From the NCBI RefSeq assembly GCF_032444005.1, contig NC_091284.1:608592001-608656000 (forward strand): 64,000 nt of DNA, written 5' to 3'. How positions within the stretch are numbered: position 1 is the first letter of the stretch; every line of letters starts with the position of its first letter. Origin of the DNA: Ranitomeya imitator (taxonomy: Eukaryota). This document shows, piece after piece, positions 11,471-24,209 of the stretch. The notes under the pieces were generated by a model that saw nothing but the letters and a program-made list of their open reading frames with translations, had not been told where the DNA came from and searched no databases. A program made the translations under genes and the position numbers.

Positions 11471-11975
11471 GTGCTCTGTCAATTCATGGTGTATAATCTG
11501 TATTCCACAATGTCACCTTTTTATAACAAAGATTGACTGTCCCTTACCCAGTTTAAAAGCAGTCTACCAGCTGTTCCCAGTGCAGGTGGCGACTGGAACT
11601 GCTCAGTTGTGCAGCTGCACAGCTCTGTCAACTGTGTGCTGGCAGCATCTGGGTATTGTATATCTGCGCCTATTCAGGTCAGTGTGGGGCTGATGTTCAG
11701 TACTGACCACTATTCTGTTAACGGAGCTGTGCAGCTCTGCAGGTGAGCCCTTCTGCCCAGCATTGGGAACAGCAGATCATCAGAGGTTTCGGGTGTCACA
11801 ACCCCACCACTGGTCAGACGTTGTCAGGTTTCACCAATATGAGTTACGGCCACCGCCTTTCAGGACTGATATACAGCATTCTATAATACTGTATATCTGC
11901 CCCCAACCCGACCTGTAAGAGAAGAAAAATAACTTTTATACTCGCCTGCAGGGCTGTCCAGTCCGAGGGGTGTCA

Positions 11976-12333
11976 GGCTATGGGCACACGTTGTGGATTT
12001 TGCAGCGGGTCCGCAGCAGTTTTCCATGCCTTTACAGTACAATGTAAACCTATGGAAAACGCAATCCGCAGTGCCCATGCTGCGGAAAAAAACGTGTGGA
12101 AACGCTGCGGGTTACATTCCGCAGCATGTAGTTTCTTTGTGTGAATTCCGCAGCGGTTTACACCTGCTCCATAATAGGAATCCGCAGGTGTAAAACCGCA
12201 GGTGGAATCCGCACAAATTCCACATAAAAACCGCGGTAAATCCGCAGGTAAAACACAGTGCCTTTTACCTGCGGATTTATGAAATCCGCTGCGGAAAAAT
12301 CCGCAGAGCTCAAAAATACATGTGCACATACCC
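11976..12333. mobile_element. Harbinger MITE family C (GGCTATGTGCACACG-type TIR)
   Basis: TIRs, TCA TSD; inserted in a TTAA-type element. Confidence 0.85.
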
Positions 12334-13828
12334 TCACTCTTGGTCCAGCGCCTCCCATCTTCTTGCGATGCTGGCCTCCTTGGTTCGTGAGGATAACGTG
12401 TCCCTGCATCATCCACACAGTCTGCCTGGCATTGTGCTGCTGCGCAGGTGTACTTATCTGCCCTGTGGAGGGCAGAGCAAAATCCTGCAGTGCGCATGCG
12501 CTGGGCCTCTGACCTTCCCCGATGCCTGCGCACTGCAGTAGTTTGCTCTGCCCTCAGTGTCGAATGATGCAGGGACGCGTCATCCACATGAAGCAAGCAG
12601 GAGCACGGCAACGCAAGAAGATGGGAGGCGCCGGACCAGGAAGAGCGACACCCCGGACCGGACCGCCCCGCAGGTGAGTGTAATAAGTTATTTTTCTTCT
12701 CTTATAGGTCGGGATGGGGGCTATACAGCATTCTAAAAGCCCTGAAAGGTGGGGGCTTTAACTCGTTTTGGCCTAACCTGGTGACAGATTCCCTTTAAAG
12801 TCCCGGATAACCACTTTAAGCCTCCTACACAGCTGTCTGACTATGTTTCAACTTACGATTATGTACAAAAATGATCCTTAGAGATTTTCAGATTGCATTA
12901 GTGCAATCCGTTTAGCGCCTAGCGCTAACGCAATGTGTTGTAATGGGGTCGCGTTAAACGTCCCCGCTCTCGCAGATCTGCGACAGTGGGGAACGGGCCT
13001 CGGACAAAAGAACGGCACATCGCTAGCGCATGCCGAAAATGGCACGCGCTAGTGATGCGCATCCCCATTGCTGTTAATGGGCGCGTTAACGGACGTGTTG
13101 CACAGCGTTAATTTCGCCGTGCAACGCTGTCCGTTAGCGCGGTCCCGTTAACGCAATGGGAACCTAGCCTAAGGCTAACTTTTTACCCCTGACTGTATAC
13201 AAGTGTGATTTTGGAGGCTGCTAACACTACTATAGAACTCAAGCAGTGGGAGTTTACAGGACATTTGGAGACTGCTGTATGCACGACACGTGGGAGGCAC
13301 AGACTTTACGGGATGTGCTGTTGTGTTCTACTGTGGGATGGGAGCAAATCGCGCACTAAATCCGTCCTGGCTCTGGCCAGTGTGAGGACGTTTCACTGCA
13401 CCCAGCGTTCGGTAGTGAAAGGCTAACCTCCCGGCGCTTCTGCTCGAAGTATATATTGTAAAGGGAGTGGCTACAAGGATCTGGTGGAACAGAAAGTGCA
13501 GCTTTTCTATTTTATATGTCCAAAATCTGCTTACTGAAAGTGCGAGTACAGCAGCGTCAGCCAGATGTGGCAGTGCAGTGATCAAACCATCTTACTGCAC
13601 AACATGCTGCTGTACAGAACCACTCAGATTCTGCTGCTTCTGGAGGCTTCCGGCAGTATATAACCACTCTATATGCATCAGCAGGACTCTCAGCATTTTG
13701 TGGTATTAGGAAGTCCGAAATACACCACCACGGGACTTACCTGTGTATGTCTATTGTTGTTTCAAAATGTTTTTTTAATGACTTTTACATTCTTATCGCT
13801 AATGTTATACATCTATTTTTTCTTACAG

Positions 13829-14044
13829 GCTGACAACCTGGAAAATGCTCTTTTCATACCGGACCTCAAACTGCACAGCAATCCTTCAGCATTCAATGTG
13901 TATTGCAATGTCCGTCACTGTGTCCTGGAGTGGCAGAGGAAGGAAACGTCTCTTCTGTTATCCTCTAAGAATTCGGTGCAGAGTGGGGAGTCTGACAGTG
14001 ATGAAGAGGAGGAATCCAAAGATCAACCAGTTAAGCTTCCAAAG
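13829..14044 (+). CDS. MYCBP2: MYCBP2 coding exon (first found in window): ADNLENALFIPDLKLHSNPSAFNVYCNVRHCVLEWQRKE...SDEEEESKDQPVKLPK
   Basis: ttacag acceptor, gtgagt donor, 216 nt, phase 0/0. Peptide matches my recollection of the vertebrate MYCBP2 N-terminus (LHSNPSAFN.YCNVRHCVLEWQ). Confidence 0.95.
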
Positions 14045-14764
14045 GTGAGTGTTTCCGCCATTAGATTAGGAAGTCTTTCTTGCTTAGGGGTAGCTCTTAA
14101 GCACGGCTTCATATTATAGCCTTGATTATAGCTCTTATTGCTGACAGTGCTAAGTGCCATCTAATGTGTGAAAGGAATCGGTCACCATGTTTTTGCTGCC
14201 CTGTGTTCGCTGCAAAGACCCTGATCCCGGCACCAGGTCGCTTTTGATGGTGCAGTAGTTTGGTAAAGTTGAGGGAAAAGCCTGCAGCTCATGTATACCG
14301 AAGATGCTACGTGCATTACATGGAGAGGAATAAACAGCGAATATATGAAATCTACTGCAGATACCCCTGTGTCAGACCCCACAGACCTCATGTCACTAGC
14401 CCATGGGTGTCTGTGGAATGCAGCTTCAGCCAATAGCCACAGAGCCCCATTTTGTGATTCCGAAGTAGTGTTTACATGCTGCTGGCATCCGGGGTGAGAG
14501 TGGTTGATCGATTGCAGGTTATTTTGATGACCTCAAGTCGAAAGGTGAGCTGATCGATATAAAAGTGGAGGAAAACCCCTTTAAGCTCAGTGAGAGTTGT
14601 GTAAATTCTTTAGTTCGTCCCCAATAGTAAATGTGTGTTTTTTATAATGTTTGCAGAGAAGTTGTTTTCTCCCAGAGAAACAGACCTGAAAACCACCTTG
14701 CAAAATAGTTTATGCTAAACGTAATATAAGGGTTTTCTGAAACATGCAATGTGTGTGGTGCATA

Positions 14765-15170
14765 CAGTGACTTGCAAAAGGATTAACCTCCTTGGCATTT
14801 TTCGTGTTTTTCTTCCTCACAACATGTAATTTCACTTTTTTTTTTTTTTTTTAAGGGTTTGCATCAGTTCATTTAAAGAACATTCCTACAACTGTGAACA
14901 TTTGGTTTTCTTTTTATTGTGAACAAATAAACAAATAGGACAAAATAACTGAAAACCTAACTATTCACCCCATAAATTCAGTACTTTGTAGAGACTCCTT
15001 TTGCTGCAATTCCAGCTGCAAGTCACTTTTGATAAGTCTCTGAGCTTTTCATATATTTCTACTGGAATGTTTGCCCATTCCTCAAGGCAAAACTGCTCCA
15101 GCTCCTTCAAGTTAGATGGTTTCAAGACTGAACACAGATTCTGAATAGGTTTGGGATTTGACTGGGCCAC
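14765..15170 (-). mobile_element. Tc1-like 3' end fragment with TIR
   Basis: TA|CAGTG terminus; minus strand KPSNLKELEQFCLEEWANIP... Confidence 0.7.
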
Positions 15171-15924
15171 TCCAAAACATTTAGGCCTTGTGCCCACGTT
15201 GCGTTTTTTATGCGTTTCTGCTGTGTATTTTGCCGCAGCGGAAACTCTTAAAACCACATTCCCATGCAATCCGATGGGATTCTGCAGTGGCTGTGCCCAT
15301 GCTGCGGATTTTCCTGCTGCGGAATCACATAGCAGTAAAATCCAAAGCATGTTCATTATTTCTGCGGAATCGCGGCAATTCTGCAGCCATAGGATTGCAT
15401 TGAAACGCTCACTTTAGGCATGTGGCTATGCCCACCATCTGACACCCCCCCCCCAAATCTACTGACAGCGGCGATCTGCCGCCGCTGTCAGTCTTTCCTC
15501 CCCTTTATTTTGTGCTCTGCTGCCCTCTGCTGCTTTCCTCTCCCCTCCTCTCTGGTGCCCCCTCCGCTGTCCGATCCCACCCCCCGTACTGCTGGAGTCC
15601 CGGGGACCCTCCCGGTGTCCGTCCGGCATCTTCGATGGGCGCCGCCATCTTCCAAAATGGCAGGCTCATGTGCAGTTCGCTCGCCGAATCTGTCTACCTG
15701 CAGATTCATTACAGGTACATTTTGATCACTGTGATAGGTTATATCACGGTGATCAAAATAAAAAAATAGTAAATAAAGCCCCCCCTTATCACTCCCATAG
15801 CTAGGGAAAATAATAAAATAAATAAAATATATTTATTTTTATTTTTCCACTAGGGTTAGGGTTAAAACTAGGGTTAGGGTTAGAACTAGGGTTACGGCTA
15901 GGGTTGCCATAAGGGTTAGAATTA

Positions 15925-16294
15925 GGCTATGTGCACACGGTGCGGATTTGGCTGCAGATCCACAGCGGATTGGCCGCTGCGGATTCGTGGCAGTTTTCCA
16001 TCACGTTTACAGTACCATGTAAACCTATGGAAAACCAAATCCGGTGTGCTCATGGTGCGGAAAATTCCTTGCGGAAACACTGCGTTGTATTTTCCGCAAC
16101 ATGTCAATTCTTTGTGCGGATTCCGCAACGTTTTACACCTGTTCCTCAATAGGAATCCGCAGGTGAAATCCGCACAACAAACACTGGAAATCCGCAGTAA
16201 ATCCACAAGTAAAACGCAGTGCGTTTTACCTGCGGATTTTTCAAAAACGGTGCGGAAAAATCCGCACATGAATCCGCAATGTGGGCACATAGCC
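15925..16294. mobile_element. Harbinger MITE family C, within TTAGGG repeats
   Basis: TIRs, TTA TSD. Confidence 0.85.
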
Positions 16295-16560
16295 TTAGGG
16301 TTGAAATTAGGGTTAGGGTTGGAATTAGGGTTAAGATTAGGGTTAGGGGTGTGTTGAGGTTAGGGTTAGGCTTGTGGTTAGGGTTGGGATTAGGGTTGGT
16401 TGTCGAGTAGGGTTAGGGTTGGGATTAGGGTTAGGGGTGTGTTGAGGTTAGGGTTGTGGTTAGGGGTGTGTTGGGGTTAGGGTTGTGATTACGGTTATGG
16501 TTAGAGTTGGGATTAGAGTTAGGGGTGTGTTGGGGTTAGTGTTGGAGTTAGAATTGAGGG
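16295..16560 (+). repeat. Degenerate interstitial (TTAGGG)n array (a second block at ~15851-15924)
   Basis: Repeated ttaggg / ttagggg / ttagag variants visible. Confidence 0.9.
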
Positions 16561-17333
16561 GTTTCCAATGTTTAGGCACATCAAGGGGTCTCCAATCACG
16601 ACATGGCGGTACCATTGATTCCAGCCAATCTTGCATTCAAAAAGTCAAATGGTGCTCCCTCCCTTCTGAGCCCCGACGCGTGCCCAAACAGTGGTTTACC
16701 CCCACATATTGGGCATCAGCGTACTCGGGACAAACTGGACAACAAATATTGGGGTTCAGTTTCTCGTGTTGCCCTTGTGAAAATAAAAAATTGCGGGCTA
16801 AAAAAAAAATCATTTTTGAGGAAAAAAACAATGATTCTTTATTTTCACGGTTCTGCGTTATAAACTTTTGTGAAGCACTTTGGGGTTCAAAGTGCTCACC
16901 ACAAATCTATATAAGTTCCTTGGGGGGGTCTAGTTTCCAAAATGCGGTCACTTGTGGGGGGTTTCTACTGTTTAGGCACATTAGGGGTTCTGCAAACATA
17001 ACATGACACCCACAGACCATTCCATCAAAGTCTGCATTCCAAAACGTCACTACTTCCCTTCTGAGCTCTGCCATGCACCCAAACACTGGTTTACCCCCAC
17101 ATATGGGGTATGAGCGTACTCAGGACAAACTGGACAACAACTTTTATGGTCCAATTTCTCCTGTTACCCTTGTGAAAATAAAAAATTGTGGGCTAAAAAA
17201 TAATTTTTGAGGAAAGAAAAATGATTTTTTATTTTCATGGCTCTGCGTTATAAACTTCTGTGAAGCATTTGGGGGTTCAAAGTGCTCATCACACATCTAG
17301 ATAAGTTCCTTGGGGGGATATAGTTTCCAAAAT

Positions 17334-18154
17334 TGTTGTGAATTCTGTTGTCAAGCTCCCTCCTGTGGTCATGAATGGTACTTCGGCTGGTTCTGTCCAT
17401 GGGCTTCCTCTGGTGGGTGTGAGTGGAGCTGCGGCTTCTGAGTTTCCTTCTACAGGTGACGAGGTTAATTCGTTAGCTGGCTGCTCTATTTAACTCCACC
17501 TAGATCATTGCTCCATGCCACCTGTCAATGTTCCAGTATTGGTCTAGTTCTCTCCTGGATCGTTCTTGTGACCTGTCTTCCCAGCTGAAGCTAAGTTCCT
17601 GCTTGTTTTTCTCTGGTTTGCTATTTTTCTGTCCAGCTTGCTATTTTGATTTTTGTCTTGCTTGCTGGAAGCTCTGGGACGCAGAGGGAGCGCCTCCGCA
17701 CCGTGAGTCGGTGCAGAGGGTCTTTTTGCGCCCTCTCCGTGGTCTTTTTGTAGGTTTTTGTGCTGACCGCAAAGTTACCTTTCCTATCCTCGGTCTGTTC
17801 AGTAAGTCGGGCCTCACTTTGCTAAATCTATTTCATCTCTGTGTTTGTAATTTTCATCTTACTCACAGTCATTATATGTGGGGGCTGCCTTTTCCTTTGG
17901 GGAATTTCTCTGAGGCAAGGTAGGCTTTATTTTTCTATCTCTAGGGCTAGCTAGTTTCTTAGGCTGTGTCGAGTTGCATAGGGAGTGTTAGGAGCAATCC
18001 ACGGCTATTTCTAGTGTGTGTGATAGGATTAGGGATTGCGATCAGCAGAGTTCCCACGTCTCAGAGCTCGTCCTATATTATTAGTAACTATCAGGTCATT
18101 CCGTGTGCTCTTAACCACTAGGTCCATTATTGTCCTTACCACCAGGTCATAACA
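17334..18154. mobile_element. Solo LTR (821 bp)
   Basis: TGTTGTGA...TCATAACA termini; CAAAAT duplicated on both sides; removal restores the satellite sequence gtttccaaaatggggtcacttg. Confidence 0.8.
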
Positions 18155-18214
18155 CAAAATGGGGTCACTTGTGGGGGAGCTCCAATGTTTAGGCACACAG
18201 GGGCTCTCCAAACA

Positions 18215-18641
18215 ACAACAAGTAAAAAAAACAACCACTACATACTTACCTACCGCTGTCTGTCCCCGGCGCTCTGCTTCTCTGGTCTGGCTGTGAGCAC
18301 AGCGGCCGGAAAGCAGAGCGGTGACGTCACCGCTGTGCTTTCCGGCTGCCCAGCGCTCACAGCCAGAGCAGAGAAGCAGAGCGCCGGGGACAGACAGCGG
18401 TAGGTAAGTATGTAGTGGTTGTTTTTTTTACTTTAACGATGGTAACCAGGGTAAACATCGGGTTACTAAGCGCGGCCCTGCGCTTAGTAACCCGATGATT
18501 ACCCTGGTTACCGGGGACCTCGGGATCGTTGGTCGCTGTAGAGCTGTCTGTGTGACAGCTCTCCAGCGACCAAACAGCGACGCTGCAGCGATCCGGATCG
18601 TTGTCGGTATCGCTGCAGCGTCGCTTAGTGTGACGGTACCT
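18215..18641. mobile_element. Harbinger MITE family A, left-truncated
   Basis: Right TIR gtgtgacggtacct followed by TTA; internal 70-bp hairpin. Confidence 0.75.
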
Positions 18642-19982
18642 TTAGGATTTTATAGTGCTGGTCCCTGTCATCCAGAGCCGGGATTTCTCAGTATTATGTG
18701 TGCCAGGACTGGAATCATAACAATAATTAGTTTAAAAAGGATTAACTTTTATTTTACTAAGTACAAAATATTAAATATACCAATTTCCAGCAAAACAGAC
18801 AAAATGGGAAATCTGGTGGGTGAGCCAATGAGGGAACCCCAGTGTAAAAAGGTCAATATTAAGTAACTTTTAAATATCCATACCCAAGCAATATAACGAA
18901 TATTGGAGTACCAAATAGTGTGAATCCTAAACATAAAATCAAAAGAAGTGCCGTAACAATCAAATTCTATGCATAAAGTAATAAGCGGCTCACCCACCCA
19001 ACACCCGAAGTGCTTTTCATTCTTGAAACATCATTGGGTGTTTTATGGGCGAATGGNNNNNNNNNNNNNNNNNNNNNNNNNNNNNNNNNNNNNNNNNNNN
19101 NNNNNNNNNNNNNNNNNNNNNNNNNNNNNNNNNNNNNNNNNNNNNNNNNNNNNNNNNNNNNNNNNNNNNNNNNNNNNNNNNNNNNNNNNNNNNNNNNNNN
19201 NNNNNNNNNNNNNNNNNNNNNNNNNNNNNNNNNNNNNNNNNNNNNNNNNNNNNNNNNNNNNNNNNNNNNNNNNNNNNNNNNNNNNNNNNNNNNNNNNNNN
19301 NNNNNNNNNNNNNNNNNNNNNNNNNNNNNNCCTTTTTTTACTATTGTGGTTCCCTCTTTGGCTCTCCCACCAATTAGTCCTTTTGTGGGCAATTTGTTTG
19401 TGCATTCAGTAGAAAGTTGCAGTCTGTGTTTTTTCTTGTGTCTGCACCTCACTCTGCTCTGTCGCCTGAGCGGGAACCCTCTTGGATGGAGGCGGAGGAG
19501 TAGTTTGACTGGTGGCGGTCCATGGCCCAGTCCCTTACAGATATGCTTGCAGTTAAGTCATTCAGAAAATGTTTAATTACCATATAAACAGAAGGTGAAG
19601 GTGTAAAATAAATAATAAAATGCATACTAATCAGTTGTTCCATCCCTTGCGGCTCCAGTGCCGATCGGAGTTCTGAATTTGGTCTCTGGCCTCCGTGTTG
19701 GCATGCCGTATAGCTGGCATCACTGGCAAGGAAGCGGCCAGAGCTTCAGTATTACATCACCAGGGATTTGCCAGCAAGTGTAATATCTTCATTCTCTACG
19801 AGAACACGTTAAGATCCGTTTGGAGCTTTTGCTTTACATCACCCGGGTCATCCATGGGAGGTCTAGAGATTTTCAGAAGGCTATGTAGGCATCTTCTGTG
19901 CCCTGTGCAGGCGGGAGGTGGAGGAGGTGAGCTGTGATGATCGCCTAGTGTGAGTGGAGTCATCCGGTGTTATGTCATCTTA

Positions 19983-20393
19983 GGCTACTTTCACACTAGC
20001 GTCGGAATCTCCCCGTCGCAATGCGTCAGGGAGAGATTCCGACGCTAGCGTTTAACGCATTACACAATGGAGGCAGCGGATGCATTTCTCCGGCGCATCC
20101 GCTGCCCCATTGTAAGGTGGGGGCGGAGTTCCGGCCGCGCATGCGCGGTCGGAAAATGCGGTCCGTCAGGAGCAAAAAACGTTACATGTAGCGTTTTTTG
20201 CTCCCGACGGTCCGCAAAAGCACGACGCATCCGTCGCTCGACGGATGCGACGTGTGGCAATCCGTCGCAAATGCGTCGTCAATACAAGTCTATGGGGAAA
20301 AAACGCATCCTGCAAGCACTTTTGCAGGATGCGTTTTTTCTGCAAAACGACGCATTGTGACGGATTGCAGAAAACGCTAGTGTGAAAGTAGCC
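19983..20393. mobile_element. Harbinger MITE family B (GGCTACTTTCACAC TIR)
   Basis: Perfect TIRs, TTA TSD. Confidence 0.88.
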
Positions 20394-20826
20394 TTACCTG
20401 TGATAGAGATGACTACTGAAAAATGAATCTACAGAGTGAAAGCTGTTCTCTCATTACCAAGCTCAGTAGTCATTGTGAAATTTCAAGATTTCAGGATTTT
20501 TTTCGATATGATGCTATTGAGAATTGTTCAAAAATATCGTAAATGTTTAACAAATACGTTCAACATAAGACTTAATTCAATCAATTTTGACGTTTTCTTA
20601 CAATTTTTCTTTTCTTAACACTAGGATTCAGTTTTCATTTAAAAAAAAAGAAAAAAAAGACTTTATTACAAAAAATTATTCCAGATGTTTGTGTGGTCCA
20701 AAGAACGGTTTTGTTTTTTTTTTGTTTATAGCTTGGCAATATCTATTACTACATTGCATAATTCTTTACATACTAATTACCGTGTACAATAGTCTGCGTA
20801 TTTAATGGCTATCATTTCTTTTCCAG

Positions 20827-20980
20827 ATTATCGAAATTGGTTTATGTGAAGTGTTCGAGTTGATAAAAGAAACTCGTTTTTCTCACCCGTCACTGTGTTT
20901 AAGGAGCTTGCAGGCGCTACTTAATATTCTACAGGGTCAGCAACCAGAGGGGCTTCAGTCTGAACCTCCCGAAGTGTTAG
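20827..20980 (+). CDS. MYCBP2: MYCBP2 exon: IIEIGLCEVFELIKETRFSHPSLCLRSLQALLNILQGQQPEGLQSEPPEVL
   Basis: ttccag/gtaaga, 154 nt, phase 0/1; continues the frame. Confidence 0.95.
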
Positions 20981-21157
20981 GTAAGAGGATTGCGACTTCT
21001 TGTTACTGCATTCGCCAGCTTCCTTCGTTTTTCTGTACTAGTTTGGATTTAGCCTACATGACTGACTTTACTGCTGGGAAGAATATCTCTTGTAATAATG
21101 AAAGTCCTGCGCTACATCTCATGATCTTATTCTTACCTTCATTGATTTCTCGAACAG

Positions 21158-21354
21158 AATCTCTCCTCCAGCTTATTTTGGAGATCACAACTCGTAGTAC
21201 AGGAGCCAATGATAGTACCGGACAGTCGCTCACTGCGCTCTCCTGTGCCTGCCTGTTCAGTCTGGTGGTGGCATGGGGAGAAACGGGAAGGACCCTCCAA
21301 GCCATCTCGGCAATTCTTACCAACAACGGCAGCCATGCTTGCCAAACCATTCAG
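21158..21354 (+). CDS. MYCBP2: MYCBP2 exon: ESLLQLILEITT...LSCACLFSLVVAWGETGRTLQAISAILTNNGSHACQTIQ
   Basis: gaacag/gtacct, 197 nt, phase 1/0. Confidence 0.95.
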
Positions 21355-21784
21355 GTACCTTTCTATTTACACCTTTCCAGGTGCATTCTTGACTAAGTGG
21401 TCCAGTTTTTAAACTCCGTTTTACCATGAATGATAGAACTTGTAAAAAGCTCGGGGTAGGGCAAACCTTTGTGTTGTCGCACTTGGCGGTCTTTCCCGAT
21501 GACCTGCTGGGCCAGGCCATGGTTTAGACCTTACAGATTTGCAGTACATATTTGCAGAAACTTACAGCACGAGTGGAAATGCCTACCACACATAGTTGAG
21601 ATATTTGTTTAGCCCAGAAAAATTAGCATTATTATTCTTTATTATTTATTATTATAGCGCCATTTATTCCATGGCGCTTTATATGATTCCATGGCGCTAA
21701 CATGATTTTTTATTTTTTTTATTTTACCGTCAAAATCTGTGTATTGCATGCGGGCTTGGCTGCAAAAAAATCTCCCCAGATCTA

Positions 21785-22191
21785 GGCTATGTGCACACGT
21801 TGCGGATTAGGCTTAGGAATTTCTGGTGCGGATTCTGCCTCTCCTGGTAGAAAACGCACCTGCGGATTTGTCGCGTTTTTTATGCGGTTCCGCAGCGGTT
21901 TTTTGTGTGCGTTTTTTGCTGCAGTTTTCTTGCAGATTTGCTGCGTTTTTTACCCCTGCTCTTTTTTAGAATGGAATGGGTACAAAAACGCTGCAGATTC
22001 ACAAAAAAGAAGTGACATGCTACTTCTTTTAAACCGCAGCGCTTCCGCAGCGGATTTTCTGCAAAGTGTGCACAGCATTTTTTTTCTCATTGATTTACAT
22101 TGTACTGTAAATCAATTGCGGATCTGCAGCGTTTCTGCACCTCAAAAAACGCTGCGGATCTGCAGAGAATCCGCAACGTGTGCACATACCC
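21785..22191. mobile_element. Harbinger MITE family C
   Basis: ggctatgtgcacacg...cgtgtgcacataccc; flanks CTA/TAA (imperfect TSD). Confidence 0.8.
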
Positions 22192-23238
22192 TAATGGTGA
22201 AGTTATACTGAACAGTCATATTAAGCATATTAAGTGAAAGTCCATCTGCGTTAATTTTTGTATGTTGCCATACCCGTAGTCTGATTATTCTGTGCAAATT
22301 GGTGCATTGTTATTGCGTTAAAGGTTTTTTTTCCCATGTCGTTAGATGGATATACTTCCACAGTAATTGTAAAAACGGGCATCTTTGTAACCACTTTGTA
22401 TATTCTAATTTGCTCCCGTTCTCACATTAGTTCAACTTTAGGATTTTGTTCACTTCTCGTTGGTAAGGGGCCTGAGCGGTGGGCAAATTTGTGCAATGAT
22501 TACAAGCACTTTCCTACTGAGCTTATAAGCCCTGCCCTGAGGCCGTCTAGGACGGCTGGAACTAGTAGCTACCACCTGATACGCGCCTGCTTCCGATGCC
22601 TCATAAAGCCGCATCAAGAGCACACAGGCCTACAGCGTGACAATAATGCTGGCCTAAACTATCACTTTTTCAGGAGCATCCATTGCCTGGAGATCAGTGA
22701 TCTCCTTTTAAAAGTATATTTTTCTTCTTCTTCTTTTTTTTTTTTATCATCGAAAATAACCCACTTGCTATGCAGGGTGGGAGGAAAGATGTCAGGTGTG
22801 CACCTTTTCTGCCTGCCAAAGAACACTGGGACTTGAAGTTAGTGACTCTACGGCGCCTGCGCAGAACAAAATGTTACGTCTGTGCGTAGCAGTGCAGAGG
22901 AACGACGGTAGGCAGAATGCACGGGCGTGGGATTTCTGTCCCGCACCTGACGAAACACGCACACAGTGAAGAGAGGGAATTAGAAATGTAGTGTAGTGAA
23001 GAGAGAAGGCAGTGTTACCTTCCCAGCAGCGGACGCCCCATAGCCTGGAAGAAATTAACATAAGGCGATAAAAGCTGATCCGTGAGGCATACAGGTAGGA
23101 CTAGTTTCAGTGCTCTACATACTGTATGCCCAAAGAGGGTGACCGCTTCCCTTTAAAAGGATCGTTCATGTCTTCTACTTAAGGGGAGGTGGCGATTGGT
23201 ATAAGCCATTGGATGCTCTACCTTGGTGTGATATATAT

Positions 23239-23239
<1 letters not shown>

Positions 23240-23289
<50 letters not shown>

Positions 23290-23300
23290 TAGATATAGAT
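23240..23300. repeat. (GATA)n microsatellite flanked by (TA)n
   Basis: Direct reading; about 70 nt upstream of an exon acceptor. Confidence 0.95.
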
Positions 23301-23368
23301 ATATATATATTTTATTATACTGTGCAGCTCTAACATGAATTTTTATTTTTTGTCTTTTCTTATGCCAG

Positions 23369-23611
23369 GTGCCAATTATTTTAAACTCTTTACAGCGGAG
23401 CGTTCAAGCAGTGCTAGTGGGTAAAATCCAGATACAGGACTGGTTTACAAATGGAATTAAAAAGGCTGCCTTGATGCAGAAATGGTCTTTGAAAGATGTT
23501 CCTGTGGATGAAGATGATCAGTGCCTCCTACAAAGCGATGGCTTCTTCCTCTATCTCTTATGCAAAGATGGCCTCTATAAAATTGGTTCTGGGTACAGTG
23601 GGACAGTGAGG
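23369..23611 (+). CDS. MYCBP2: MYCBP2 exon: VPIILNSLQRSVQAVLVGKIQIQDWF...LYKIGSGYSGTVR
   Basis: tgccag/gtaaat, 243 nt, phase 0/0. Confidence 0.95.
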
Positions 23612-23990
23612 GTAAATGGAGACTTTTCTAATACATACCGTAACTATATATTTAAATGTAAGGAATAGAATGATCTGGGTTCAGTTGGTATTGTCTAGTA
23701 GTATGTAAAATTTGTTTAATTTTTCCTATATGTCTTAAGAAGGACAGAAAAATCAATGAGCCCATATCTGTGTTTTTCTTTTTTTTTTTGCATTATTGAT
23801 CTTTTTTAGGGTTAGGTCTTTTTCAGACAGTGATAGTTTTTATGCAATTTCTTTTCAACCTGTGTTACATAGACCAGCTTAGAAGTCGTATACATAGTGG
23901 TGTATGTTAGGGGCAGGTTGACCATGCATTTTACACCACGGCTTCTATATTGCACCTGTTTAGACCTTCCATAACGTTTCTTTTTCACAG

Positions 23991-24062
23991 GGCCACATTT
24001 ACAATTCCACGTCTCGCATTAAAAGCAGAAAAGAAAAGAAGTCTTGGTTAGGTTATGCTCAG
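23991..24062 (+). CDS. MYCBP2: MYCBP2 exon: GHIYNSTSRIKSRKEKKSWLGYAQ
   Basis: ttcacag/gttggt, 72 nt, phase 0/0. Confidence 0.93.
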
Positions 24063-24209
24063 GTTGGTATGATTTTGATTGTTGTTTTTTTTTTTCTTTG
24101 ATTCCTTCTTATTTATTCACATATTATAAATAATGTATTTTGATAATCTGATTTGGTATGCTGAATCAATAGTTAATATTGTTGTCATAGCGGCTATGGG
24201 CCTGTTTAA

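Larger units (their letters stand above)
15430..18215. mobile_element. Truncated second copy of the piggyBac-like TTAGGG/satellite element, interrupted by a solo LTR
   Basis: Collinear with ~33220-35450: C-rich block, gggcgccgccatcttccaaaatggc, TTAGGG arrays, 390-bp units. Confidence 0.75.

Noticed and set aside
1-13828. Search for upstream MYCBP2 exons (Lys-rich NKKILNKKKLKRKQK-type exon and first exon)
   Set aside because: No matching sequence was found by eye; they probably lie upstream of the window.
20851-21396. 181-aa ORF reading through two MYCBP2 exons
   Set aside because: The 177-nt intron happens to be stop-free and a multiple of 3. Canonical splice sites and the non-homologous middle peptide indicate it is spliced; retention is untested.
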